This document shows positions 9,730 through 18,480 of a stretch of DNA of 64,000 bases, piece by piece. The stretch lies in NCBI GenBank assembly GCA_964549615.1, contig CAZJVP010000020.1:32001-96000 (forward strand), written 5' to 3'. The position numbers were made by a program, and so were the translations under genes. The notes beneath the pieces are model-generated. The model saw only the letters and a program-made list of their open reading frames with translations. It was not told where the DNA came from and searched no databases. Within the stretch, counting starts at the first letter, position 1. Each line of letters begins with the position of its first letter. This DNA comes from an uncultured Thermococci archaeon. Its GTDB lineage: Archaea > CAYQAE01 > CAYVLA01.

Positions 9730-12700
9730 CTATAGGAACTCGGCCAAGGTCATCTGGGGGACCTCGCGTTGACGGACCGGTTGAAAGTTGGACCTGATAA
9801 TCGCGATCTGCACCTCCATCGCATCGGTGCTGACGGACTGAGGCACGCAGTCCAAGAGCTCAAGAAGGGATGCAACATCAACTTCCACCGAGGATGGGAC
9901 GACTTGGCCCGAACACTCGCAGAGCCCGCTTAGGGGTATCCTGCGATACGAGGCGCCGCACTTGCCGCAGACGAACCCCCGCTTGCCGCCCTGCAAAGCG
10001 GCCCTCTCCGCAAGTTCAACGACCTCGGCGAGGACCCCCTGGCAGCAATCTTCCTCCAGTTCCTCGCCGCAATCAGGGCAGCGGAAGTCGGACAGATCCA
10101 TGACAGTGAAGGAGCCGCCGCACCTCGTGCACAGCAGTTCCCTCAAGTCGTGGCCGAGGACCGGACCATGTTCCTTGACCCTGACGCGGGCCCGCCTCGT
10201 GGCCTCCGGGGCACGGCCGCCCTTGCCATCGTAACTGTCCAAGAGGGTTCGCTGCTGGCTATCCGCCACCAACTCGTCTATCCGCAGGCCCAAGGCCTCG
10301 AATATGCGCCGAACGGGAGGAAGGATCTGCCTATGGATGTAGTAGTCGTGATCGATCCTCAACCCCTTTACTTTGACGAAGCTTGGATCTTCGGCCCTCT
10401 CGACCAGAAGCCCCTTGCCCTGCGTTATCACGAATGGGACCCTGTCCCCGATCTGCGGAGCGGCCCCGGGATCCCTCTTCTTGATCTTGTTGTACAGCTC
10501 AAGATGCGGCTGCCTACCCTTGTACTCCTGCGGCCGCTTGCTCAACGTCCTAGTCTGAACGAGCTTCTCGAGCGGCGTGACGTTGTCCCTGAGGTCGTGG
10601 ATCTGTTTCTTCATGTACTCGCAGGCGGCTTCCACATCGCCCTTCCTCAGCAGAAGGTCCAAGATGGTTTTCATCGTCTCGGTCGCCAGGTCGCACCACT
10701 CGCGTCTCACGGTCTCCAGACCCTTGACTTTGACGACCGGCTGCTTTCCCTCCATGTAGAGCGCGTACCTCTTCTTCGTGACGAAGAGGGCGCGCCTCGC
10801 GAAAGCCTCGTACTGGAGCTCCATCGGTGGTGGGAGGAGCCTCGTCAGAACGTCGCCGAGCCTGAGGCCCAGGGCGGCCGCATCCGCGGGGTCGATCTCC
10901 CTTGGGGCCTCCCCGGCCGGCTGAAGCTTGACGAACACGCTGTCCGTATCTCCATACACCACCTCGAGCGAAACGATGCAAGACCCTGGGGGGCTCCTCT
11001 CGATCTCGCTCCCGACAAAGGCCCTGCCGTCCTTCAGAGCGGCCCTGCCTATCTCCTTCTCAATTATCTCCTTCGTCCTCGAGATGTTATCCCGTCCGGT
11101 GCGCGTCACGGCGTTGGCGACGGTCAGCTCGTACATCCTCGACCTCGAGTATCCGAAGTAGCCATAGAAGCTGTTCAGGAGTATCTTGACCGCCCACTGG
11201 GTCATGTCGAGGATCCTGAATTCCTCCTCCCTAGCGTTTTTGGCCTTCTCCCTGAGAAGCAGCCTCTTTTCCAGAAGCCCCTCGAGTATCCGCGGAACGA
11301 TGCCCTTGTACGTCTCCGCAGGGACGAACCTCTCCCCAACGAGGGTCGAAAAGCAGATGTTGTTGGCTATCATTATGGTTGGGTACAGGGACTTGTAGTC
11401 CATTATGAGGATGTTCTCCTGAAGCCCGGCCTTGGGCTCCAGCACGTAGCCACCTTTGAGCCCCGCCTTGTCCCGTAGCTCCCTCCGCCGGGCCGTTTCC
11501 TCCGCATCCGGCTTACAGGGCATCACCCGCTCGTAACGCCGGAGCTCCCTTAGCAGGAGGGTGTCCACCATTATGGACTGCCCCCCCTCTATCAGGTCCT
11601 GCAGCGATGTCCCGCTGGCCTGGGCCAGCGCGATGTATCGGTCAAGGAGCCTCTTCGTCAGGAGGAGCTCTAGGGTAAGCTGGGCGTCCCTTCTTGAGTA
11701 CTCAACCAGCCTCTCCAGTCCGTTCTCTCGGCTCTTCCACAGGCCGGGGATCTCGGTGTGCGATACGTCGAGCTTGTCCTTTCCCAGGATCTCCCGCGCA
11801 ACTGCGCCCAAGCTGTAGCTCTTTAGCGGGAAGTCTTTCTTGACCAAGGGCAGAACGTCCACCACCACCCTTCCCGGAACCGTGATTCTCGTCTTGCTGC
11901 CGAACCGACGGTAGTAACAGTTCTTGTCTGCCCTTCCCAGCTTGGGCTTTATTCCGATCATCGACATCCTGTCGATGAGATAGGGGAGGTCGAACTCGTC
12001 GCTGTTGTACCCAAGCACGATGTCGGGGTCGTAGCGCCGGAGCACCTCGACGAATCTCCCCAACATCTCCTCCTCGCTGCCCAGGCCCTGAACTCCCTCG
12101 GCGCTGGCTGGCCGGCTCACCAGGACTAGGTCGGTCCTGCCTTCAAACGGCTCGCTGAAGGCCATGCTTATCATGATTATTGGATCCGACTCCGCTCGCG
12201 GAAGGCCGTTGCCGGACTCAGCTAGACACTCGATGTCGACGCACAGGTACCGCATCTCGGGGTGTTCGTCAAGCTGTATCGGCTCCACGTGCTTTGCCAG
12301 CGTCTCCACCTTAAGCTCGGTGAAGACCGTGTTGGTCTGGGTTGTCCGGTAGTTCAGGACACGGAACCAGCTGTTGCCGCTGAGGCCCTTGTCGATCATA
12401 AACCTGTTTTTGAAAAGGATGTCCGCCTCGAAGACTGCCCCGTAGCGGCGCAGGTCGTCCCTTATGTCCCGCACGTGCTTTGGATCCTTCGTTACGATCA
12501 AGAGCATCTTCTTCTTATGCTCTTGATAGCCGAAAGGCAGGAACCTCTCGACGACCTCGACATCGACGATCTGGGAGAACTTCTGCTTAAGGCCCTCGGC
12601 GAGGACCCTGATCCCGTCGTCGGATTGCTCCTCGGGATAGAGGTATAGGTAAGGCTTGAACCCCCGAACGAAACAGGTGACGGTTCTTCCTTGAGCATCC

Positions 12701-12792
12701 TTGCAGAACAGCCTGATGACCGGATCCCCGTTGCTCTCATACGAGTAGTCAGCTGCCAAGAGATAGAGGGATAGGGGATCAGGCATGGCCAT
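9730..12792 (-). CDS. polB: Family B DNA polymerase with C-terminal double zinc-finger extension
   Basis: Exo motifs DIE, YNSDEFDLPYL and YSRRDA; Pol motifs DYKSLYPTI, KILLNSFYGY and YGDTDS; KGLETVRR. Cys-rich ~170-aa tail ending QMTLAEFL. Confidence 0.97.
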   Translation of the reverse strand: MAMPDPLSLYLLAADYSYESNGDPVIRLFCKDAQGRTVTCFVRGFKPYLYLYPEEQSDDGIRVLAEGLKQKFSQIVDVEVVERFLPFGYQEHKKKMLLIVTKDPKHVRDIRDDLRRYGAVFEADILFKNRFMIDKGLSGNSWFRVLNYRTTQTNTVFTELKVETLAKHVEPIQLDEHPEMRYLCVDIECLAESGNGLPRAESDPIIMISMAFSEPFEGRTDLVLVSRPASAEGVQGLGSEEEMLGRFVEVLRRYDPDIVLGYNSDEFDLPYLIDRMSMIGIKPKLGRADKNCYYRRFGSKTRITVPGRVVVDVLPLVKKDFPLKSYSLGAVAREILGKDKLDVSHTEIPGLWKSRENGLERLVEYSRRDAQLTLELLLTKRLLDRYIALAQASGTSLQDLIEGGQSIMVDTLLLRELRRYERVMPCKPDAEETARRRELRDKAGLKGGYVLEPKAGLQENILIMDYKSLYPTIMIANNICFSTLVGERFVPAETYKGIVPRILEGLLEKRLLLREKAKNAREEEFRILDMTQWAVKILLNSFYGYFGYSRSRMYELTVANAVTRTGRDNISRTKEIIEKEIGRAALKDGRAFVGSEIERSPPGSCIVSLEVVYGDTDSVFVKLQPAGEAPREIDPADAAALGLRLGDVLTRLLPPPMELQYEAFARRALFVTKKRYALYMEGKQPVVKVKGLETVRREWCDLATETMKTILDLLLRKGDVEAACEYMKKQIHDLRDNVTPLEKLVQTRTLSKRPQEYKGRQPHLELYNKIKKRDPGAAPQIGDRVPFVITQGKGLLVERAEDPSFVKVKGLRIDHDYYIHRQILPPVRRIFEALGLRIDELVADSQQRTLLDSYDGKGGRAPEATRRARVRVKEHGPVLGHDLRELLCTRCGGSFTVMDLSDFRCPDCGEELEEDCCQGVLAEVVELAERAALQGGKRGFVCGKCGASYRRIPLSGLCECSGQVVPSSVEVDVASLLELLDCVPQSVSTDAMEVQIAIIRSNFQPVRQREVPQMTLAEFL

Positions 12793-12857
12793 GCCAGCGC
12801 GCCGCAGGTTCTAATAAATCATTTCCCGCGACGATGAACGTCAGGACCAGCACATGC

Positions 12858-13391
12858 CTACTGCGGTGCCTGTTCCCTCTCCTCCCCGGACGGCGTGGGA
12901 GCCTCCTCGACCTTCTCCTCAGCCACGCTCTCGGCTGGGGCTTCGGCTCCCTGCGACTCCTCGCCTTTCTTGCGCCTTCCAACGAAGAAGAGCACTGCCG
13001 CAGCCGCAAGCATGATTATCCCGACGGGCAGCATCCACCGCAGGATGAAGATATCGACGTCGCTCGTGGGCTCCTCCCCGTACTTCTTCTGGGTCGCGTA
13101 CCAGTTTTCCATGATTACTCCAACGAAAAGCATGATCACGCCCAGGACCACTAGGGCCCGGACGAAAGCGAAAGAGCCCTCCGTTGCCTCGGTCACGATC
13201 TCGATCTTCGGCAGCCCAGCGATGGCTTGTTTGACGTGCTCCTTGGTGACCAGGGTCGCGCCTGCATTGGACGCGGCCTTCTCGGAGTCCTTCCTGATTC
13301 GTTCAATGGCAGAGTCTATCTCCGCGGCCTTCCCAGGCAGTTTCGCGCGCCTTGACTCCAGAAACTCCTGGGCTTCTTTGCTCCATTCCAT
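12858..13391 (-). CDS. Small membrane protein with N-terminal PCP_red-like helical domain
   Basis: MEWSKEAQEFLE...IRKDSEKAA...VTKEHVKQA resembles the WxxEAxxxL...ITxExV pattern; followed by two TM helices and an acidic tail. Confidence 0.5.
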   Translation of the reverse strand: MEWSKEAQEFLESRRAKLPGKAAEIDSAIERIRKDSEKAASNAGATLVTKEHVKQAIAGLPKIEIVTEATEGSFAFVRALVVLGVIMLFVGVIMENWYATQKKYGEEPTSDVDIFILRWMLPVGIIMLAAAAVLFFVGRRKKGEESQGAEAPAESVAEEKVEEAPTPSGEEREQAPQ

Positions 13392-13478
13392 AGCGATTCC
13401 CTGCCCGCCTCGACATCTTTGCTTGACAGAGCAGACTCGATATCGATATAAATCTGTTGCGAGGGAATTCCCCGGAAT

Positions 13479-14243
13479 TCAGCTTCCGAGGCCCGCCTGG
13501 CCGGAAGCGTGAGCGCAATCCGGTTGTTGGACGATGCGCTGATCGTTGGCGTAGATGTTCATCCTTTCCTCCCTTGCAAAGCCTATCAAAGTCACGCCGA
13601 CCCTCCTAGCGAGCTTCACCGCCAACGCCGTGGTCGCCCCTCGCGAGGCAAGGATTGGGATGCCGGCTCCATAGCACTTCGCAACGATCGTCGAGTTCGT
13701 CCTCCCCGTCAACGCGGCCATGCATCTGCCAAGGTCGAATCCCTCAAGCAGGGCAGCCCCCACGGCCTTATCGAAGGCGTTATGTCGACCGATATCGTCA
13801 CACAAACTGGCCATCACGGGCAGACCCCCTTCGTCCGGAAGCTGGAACAATCCGCAGGTGTGAACGCCACCCGTCAGGCGATGGGTGCAGGAGGAACCCA
13901 CATGGTCCAGCGCGGCCAGTACCTGGCTCGGACTTGCCTTGACCTTTGATTCCAGCGCCTTGAAGCCCTTGATGGCGAGCATCCCGTGCCCGTCTAGCGA
14001 GCGCGCCCCGAACCGAGTCGTACTTGCGGCGATCTTTGGCCGGGCTGTTCGAATCTCCACCCTTGCCCAACCGCTCCCGCGGGCGAAGGTTTTGATGTCC
14101 CCGGGGACCTCTATCAACCCTTCGCAGATCAGGTGGCCCACGACCAGTTCTTTCACCCGGCCCGGTGACATCCTGACATCGATTGCGTGCTTGCCGTTGA
14201 CATGTATTGCCAAGGATACTTCTAAGGGCACCGGATCGCGCAA
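13479..14243 (-). CDS. fdhD: FdhD/NarQ family formate dehydrogenase accessory protein
   Basis: MSPG...LVVGHLICEG, TGGVH, DIGRHNAFDKAVG, TGR, TLIGFAR motifs. Confidence 0.88.
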   Translation of the reverse strand: MRDPVPLEVSLAIHVNGKHAIDVRMSPGRVKELVVGHLICEGLIEVPGDIKTFARGSGWARVEIRTARPKIAASTTRFGARSLDGHGMLAIKGFKALESKVKASPSQVLAALDHVGSSCTHRLTGGVHTCGLFQLPDEGGLPVMASLCDDIGRHNAFDKAVGAALLEGFDLGRCMAALTGRTNSTIVAKCYGAGIPILASRGATTALAVKLARRVGVTLIGFAREERMNIYANDQRIVQQPDCAHASGQAGLGS

Positions 14244-14501
14244 TCGCAGCGTCCGCCCTTCAGCGACTTGCGCACAGCTAAGGTATGAGAAGGCACGCGG
14301 TTGGTTCTTGGCCGCTGCTCGCGATCTCCTCTGCCCACGACCGCCACGTTCACCCGGGCCTATGCGAACACCCCGCCTCCGCTCACTTCACCTCGGTGTG
14401 GGCCTTCTTTATGGTATCCCGGTTCGGCTCAAAATCAACCCACTTTCAGCGAGGGAACGTGCTGACGACCTATCCACATCCATGCAACCTTCCATGGCCA
14501 A

Positions 14502-17201
14502 CTAGGCAGCGACCGAGCTGACGCGCGCGGCGTCTGGCACGCCCATCATCATCCTGTCGATCTCCGACACGAAAATGGCGGATAGATCCCTCATGTCCCT
14601 CACGAAGAACAGGCTCCCGCCCCCGATCTCCGCGAGCTGTCGAGCCAGCTCGGGATTATAGGACCGTCCAACCTGGGAGGGCTCATCCTGCTTGCCAATG
14701 CACACCACGGAGATGCCTATCCCTTGCCTTGCCGCCAGCCTAGCACACCTGCGGGCATACTCGGCTGCGAACTGTTTCGGCTTGGGATGCGTGGCATCCC
14801 CGTCCGTCAAAAGTATCATCTGTTTCCTGCGGTGCTCGCCTCGCTTCCCCTTGGCGCCATTACCCCCTTCCGGCTGGGCCTTTAGAAGGTCGATCCCCCT
14901 TCGTATCCCGGCCGCAATGTTCGTGCCGCCCCTGGGGAGGAGATTGGCGACCTTCGCAATCGTCACGTTCCTTCCCGAGCCGAACTCTGCAACCTCGGTG
15001 GACAGGTCCCTGAAACCGACCACCCCTACCCTGTTTCCGTACCTCTCGGCGATTATCGTCATGACCACAACTGCCTGTTTCGCGTACCAGAGTTTGTCCC
15101 CGTAGGCCATGCTGCCAGAAAGGTCGAGCACAACCACCACATCAAGGTTCCCTTCGATGACGAGATCCCTCCTTTCCGGCTCCCGCTCGTAGACGTAGAG
15201 GTTTTCCCGCCCGACGTTCTTCCTGCCCATCCTGATGGCATCGCGAATGGTCTCCCGAACGGCCATGTCCTTGTAGGAGTCGCCCCTTTGGTATTTTCTG
15301 ACATCCTTGACGTCGGAGCTGGGCAGCGGAGGCAGATCCTCGTGAACTACCCCCTGAAGCGCGTCATAAACCCGCCTCAGGATTCTCTCATCGAGATCCG
15401 ACATCAGAAAACGGGAAACCCTGTGGGTGAACGTGATCCCCTTCGAGCTCTTGATGAGGCCCTCCCTCACCAGGTGTTTCTTAAGCTCCTCCATCGGGCG
15501 GTTCCGGGAAACGCGACTGCCTGCGGGCAATTTCCCCAGGACGGCATAAAGCCTCGGGTACCGCTGAGGATTCCTGCTAACCTGCTCCGCTATATCGGAG
15601 AGCGACGCCTGTTCCTTGGCCTTCTCGGCGTAGAGCTCGTCCCTGGCTGCTGAGATCTCTTTCACCGCCTCGCCGAGGGCGTTCCCCTCCAGTTCCCTCG
15701 AAAGTGGGGTGACCTCCTCCGCTATGTTGCGGTAAAGCCGGGTGAGGGGCTCCCAGGAAATGCCCAACCGCCCTCTGATCTTGGCCATCAGGCGAGAGTC
15801 CCTGACGGATCTCCCAAGGTCCAGATAGTCGAACAGGAATGTCGAAAGGAAGACGATGGCGATCATCGACAGCACAAGTAGCATCGGCGGAATGCCCCTG
15901 AACGGGGATGGCATCTTGCCTGCGCCGGGCAACTGCCCTTTCGATTCGCCTTCACCAAGTAGGTAAGAGGTGTAGTTCGCAAGCGCCCAAGTTTGATTCC
16001 CGCTCGTGACGTACAGGATGTCTTCGTTAGGATCGTAAATCTTGGTGGTGGTCTCCTCCTCCAGGTCGGCCCCGATCTGCTGGCTTAACTCCTCCCAAAG
16101 CTCTTCAGGCACGGACTGGACTTCAGTGGCCTGTTCGCTGACATTTCCGAAATAGGGACTGATCGCCCCATCCAGAGCCGTTCCACCAGTCGGCGTCTGG
16201 ACCGGCGGGATCTGCCCTCGGGGCGGGGCCGCCAAGAATACGCCGAAGATCACGAGGATGACCAAGCCGGCGGCGGCCGGGATGTACCAATATCTTCTCA
16301 GCCGTCGGGCTTTCCGGGATCCTTCAGCTGGCGGCGAGCGCGCCGATAGCACCGCATCCTCGAATATGCTCTTGGCAAGCTCTCTGTTGGTCTTCCAAGA
16401 GAACGGGTTCACCTTTATCGAGTGTGCGAACGAGGCATAGCATGAGTTGTAGAGATCGTCCTCGTCAGGCTCCCTTCCTGCCAGAGCCATGCAGGCACAA
16501 ACGTTCTCGACAAACCTTATCCCTGACCTCGTGCTAGCGCCTGACTCCAAGTCAGGGTGGCTTCTGCTTCTGCTCAGGAACTTGGATGCAAGCCTCGGCA
16601 CGTAGTCCGGCAGCACGGTGTGACAGTTAGACTGGCTCGCAATGAACTTCTCCTCCTCCGACTCATTCTCCGGAAAGGAGATCGCAACGACCTGGAACCG
16701 ATCCAGCAACCTCTCGTCCACGACGCACTTGGTCGCGGTGGCAACCATTACCACGTCGACCTTTACCTCGCGTTGCCCCACGGAGACGATCCCATCGTCG
16801 AAGAAGTCGGCCAGAGCCTGGGCCACCTTCTCCGGCAGGGTGTCCAAGTCCTTTAGCAGGAGGCCTCCGCCGTCCGCCTTCTCGATGGCTCCTGCCACAT
16901 ACGATCTTGCGTCCCTGTAGCCGAACTTCCTGAGAGCCACAGGGTCCACGTCGCCGAACAGATCCTCCCTGCGCAGGCTGGCCGAGCAGGTCACCGTCTG
17001 GAACTCCAAGCCCATCGCGCGCAGGATGCTCGAGGCCACGGCCTCCTTCGGAGTCCCGGCCGGCCCGATGATGAGCAACGGCCGGCCCGTCAAGACTGCT
17101 CCGATGAGGTCGGCCTTCTCGCGCTCAGAAAGCAAGCTGCCCGAGAGATGCTCCTTGAGTCTTGCGACAATCTCCTCGCGCTCGCTCATGTGAGGTACCA
17201 T
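14502..17201 (-). CDS. Degenerate AAA+ domain - two TM helices - VWA domain protein (ChlD/MoxR-partner-like)
   Basis: Walker A-like GPAGTPKE, DLFGDVDP, LLDRF; TM segments at ~16225-16295 and ~15830-15895; intact MIDAS (DLSGSM, GGTNI, LLTDG). Confidence 0.8.
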   Translation of the reverse strand: MVPHMSEREEIVARLKEHLSGSLLSEREKADLIGAVLTGRPLLIIGPAGTPKEAVASSILRAMGLEFQTVTCSASLRREDLFGDVDPVALRKFGYRDARSYVAGAIEKADGGGLLLKDLDTLPEKVAQALADFFDDGIVSVGQREVKVDVVMVATATKCVVDERLLDRFQVVAISFPENESEEEKFIASQSNCHTVLPDYVPRLASKFLSRSRSHPDLESGASTRSGIRFVENVCACMALAGREPDEDDLYNSCYASFAHSIKVNPFSWKTNRELAKSIFEDAVLSARSPPAEGSRKARRLRRYWYIPAAAGLVILVIFGVFLAAPPRGQIPPVQTPTGGTALDGAISPYFGNVSEQATEVQSVPEELWEELSQQIGADLEEETTTKIYDPNEDILYVTSGNQTWALANYTSYLLGEGESKGQLPGAGKMPSPFRGIPPMLLVLSMIAIVFLSTFLFDYLDLGRSVRDSRLMAKIRGRLGISWEPLTRLYRNIAEEVTPLSRELEGNALGEAVKEISAARDELYAEKAKEQASLSDIAEQVSRNPQRYPRLYAVLGKLPAGSRVSRNRPMEELKKHLVREGLIKSSKGITFTHRVSRFLMSDLDERILRRVYDALQGVVHEDLPPLPSSDVKDVRKYQRGDSYKDMAVRETIRDAIRMGRKNVGRENLYVYEREPERRDLVIEGNLDVVVVLDLSGSMAYGDKLWYAKQAVVVMTIIAERYGNRVGVVGFRDLSTEVAEFGSGRNVTIAKVANLLPRGGTNIAAGIRRGIDLLKAQPEGGNGAKGKRGEHRRKQMILLTDGDATHPKPKQFAAEYARRCARLAARQGIGISVVCIGKQDEPSQVGRSYNPELARQLAEIGGGSLFFVRDMRDLSAIFVSEIDRMMMGVPDAARVSSVAA

Positions 17202-18220
17202 CCGAACTCGTGCAAGACTTCAAGCCCGAACTTCCTAGCATCAGCATCGGACATCCCCGTTGCGGCTGGAAGCACCGAACACAGCGCATCGTAGAGGTCC
17301 CTGGGGCTAGCGACCCTCGAGCCGCGCATGAGCGAGTACGCCTGGGTCTTCTCAAACATCTTGATGCTGGCCCTAACGCTCGCCGGCTTAGACCCCAAGT
17401 CCTCGTCCGTACGAGTTCTTTGCACCGCCCGACATATGGCCTCGACCATTTTGTCTTCGACCTGCACGCCGAGCTTGCGGGCTTCGTTGGCGATTATGGT
17501 GGATTCCTCGTGCACGGTCGCAGGATAGCTCATCTCGATCACGTCAACGCGGTCGAGCAGCACATCGATCAGCGGGACGTCGCCTGACTCTGGGGAGAGA
17601 TTGGAGGTCGCTATCATGAGGAACTCGGCCGGGTAGTCAACATCGTAGCCTGAGATCGTCGCCTTGCCCTCGTCGAGTACCTGCAGAAACGCCCCTTGCA
17701 GCCTCTGCGGCATCTTGGCTATCTCGTCGCAGAAGACGATTCCGTTGTTTCCCTTGAGCAGCTTCCCAGGGGTGAAGGCTCGATAGTCCGTCGGGGAATA
17801 CTTGAAGGCTGCGACTGGGTCGATGTCGCCCAGCAGGTCCTGGACCGTGAGATCCGGGCTGCCCTGAATCCTCACGAACCTCTCTAGTCCTGCGATGCGC
17901 CTCGTTGGAATGGACCTTCCCGCGTTTCCCGCCCTGGAGTACTTACTTGTGCAAACCGGGCACGAGATGCGATCGGGTTGACAGTTGAACTCGCATCCGT
18001 CGATCACTTCGATGGGACGAAGGAGCTTCGCCATCTCCTTTGCCATCGTCGTCTTTCCGCATCCCCTCGGACCCTTGAGGATCACGTCATGGCCCGCGAC
18101 GACCGACGCCAAGAACTGCTTCTTCGAATCCACCTGCCCAATTATCCGCGAGAGCGGGTCCTCGCCCCTCCTGACGTATTCGATCAGCGTCTCGCGCAGT
18201 TCCTCCTTGATCCCCATCAT
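17186..18220 (-). CDS. AAA+ ATPase, ChlI/MoxR-like
   Basis: Walker A GPRGCGKTT, CEFNC...CPVC insert, QGSPDLT.QDLLGDIDP, Walker B VFCDE, LLDR, SVRASI. Start trimmed to MMGIKEEL. Confidence 0.88.
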   Translation of the reverse strand: MMGIKEELRETLIEYVRRGEDPLSRIIGQVDSKKQFLASVVAGHDVILKGPRGCGKTTMAKEMAKLLRPIEVIDGCEFNCQPDRISCPVCTSKYSRAGNAGRSIPTRRIAGLERFVRIQGSPDLTVQDLLGDIDPVAAFKYSPTDYRAFTPGKLLKGNNGIVFCDEIAKMPQRLQGAFLQVLDEGKATISGYDVDYPAEFLMIATSNLSPESGDVPLIDVLLDRVDVIEMSYPATVHEESTIIANEARKLGVQVEDKMVEAICRAVQRTRTDEDLGSKPASVRASIKMFEKTQAYSLMRGSRVASPRDLYDALCSVLPAATGMSDADARKFGLEVLHEFGWYLT

Positions 18221-18480
18221 CCCACCGGGGCATGACACCTGCGAGGCTCGCCGTTTAACTGTTTTCGAGCAGGATGAGTGGCATATCCATTCTGCCTTCA
18301 GCACGCAGGAATCCGATCCTCGATCAAGACGTGTGCAACAACCGTAACCCAGAGTTCAAGTCCGGACGATATGAAAACCGTTCGGGGCATCTGGCATCGA
18401 CAAGCGAACGGCGCTCCAATCGACCCGTCGGAGCGCCACAGCGCGGCGTAAGATTAATAAGTTAGACGAGCGGGCGCGCA

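Noticed and set aside
10150-11478. 442-aa plus-strand ORF, and similar long ORFs at 8882-9721, 20310-21476, 25448-26473, 40751-41725 and 42241-43317
   Set aside because: They are antisense or alternate-frame shadows of well-supported genes in GC-rich DNA, with no recognisable motifs.
9730-12792. Intein as the cause of the long PolB (also considered for both NrdD proteins and Top6B)
   Set aside because: No C/S...HN-C/S/T splice junctions or LAGLIDADG motifs. The extra length is a C-terminal domain plus short loops.
14502-18220. Bona fide magnesium or cobalt chelatase for tetrapyrrole synthesis
   Set aside because: No ChlH/CobN or tetrapyrrole genes in the window, and the VWA subunit has TM segments, so only family-level similarity is claimed.
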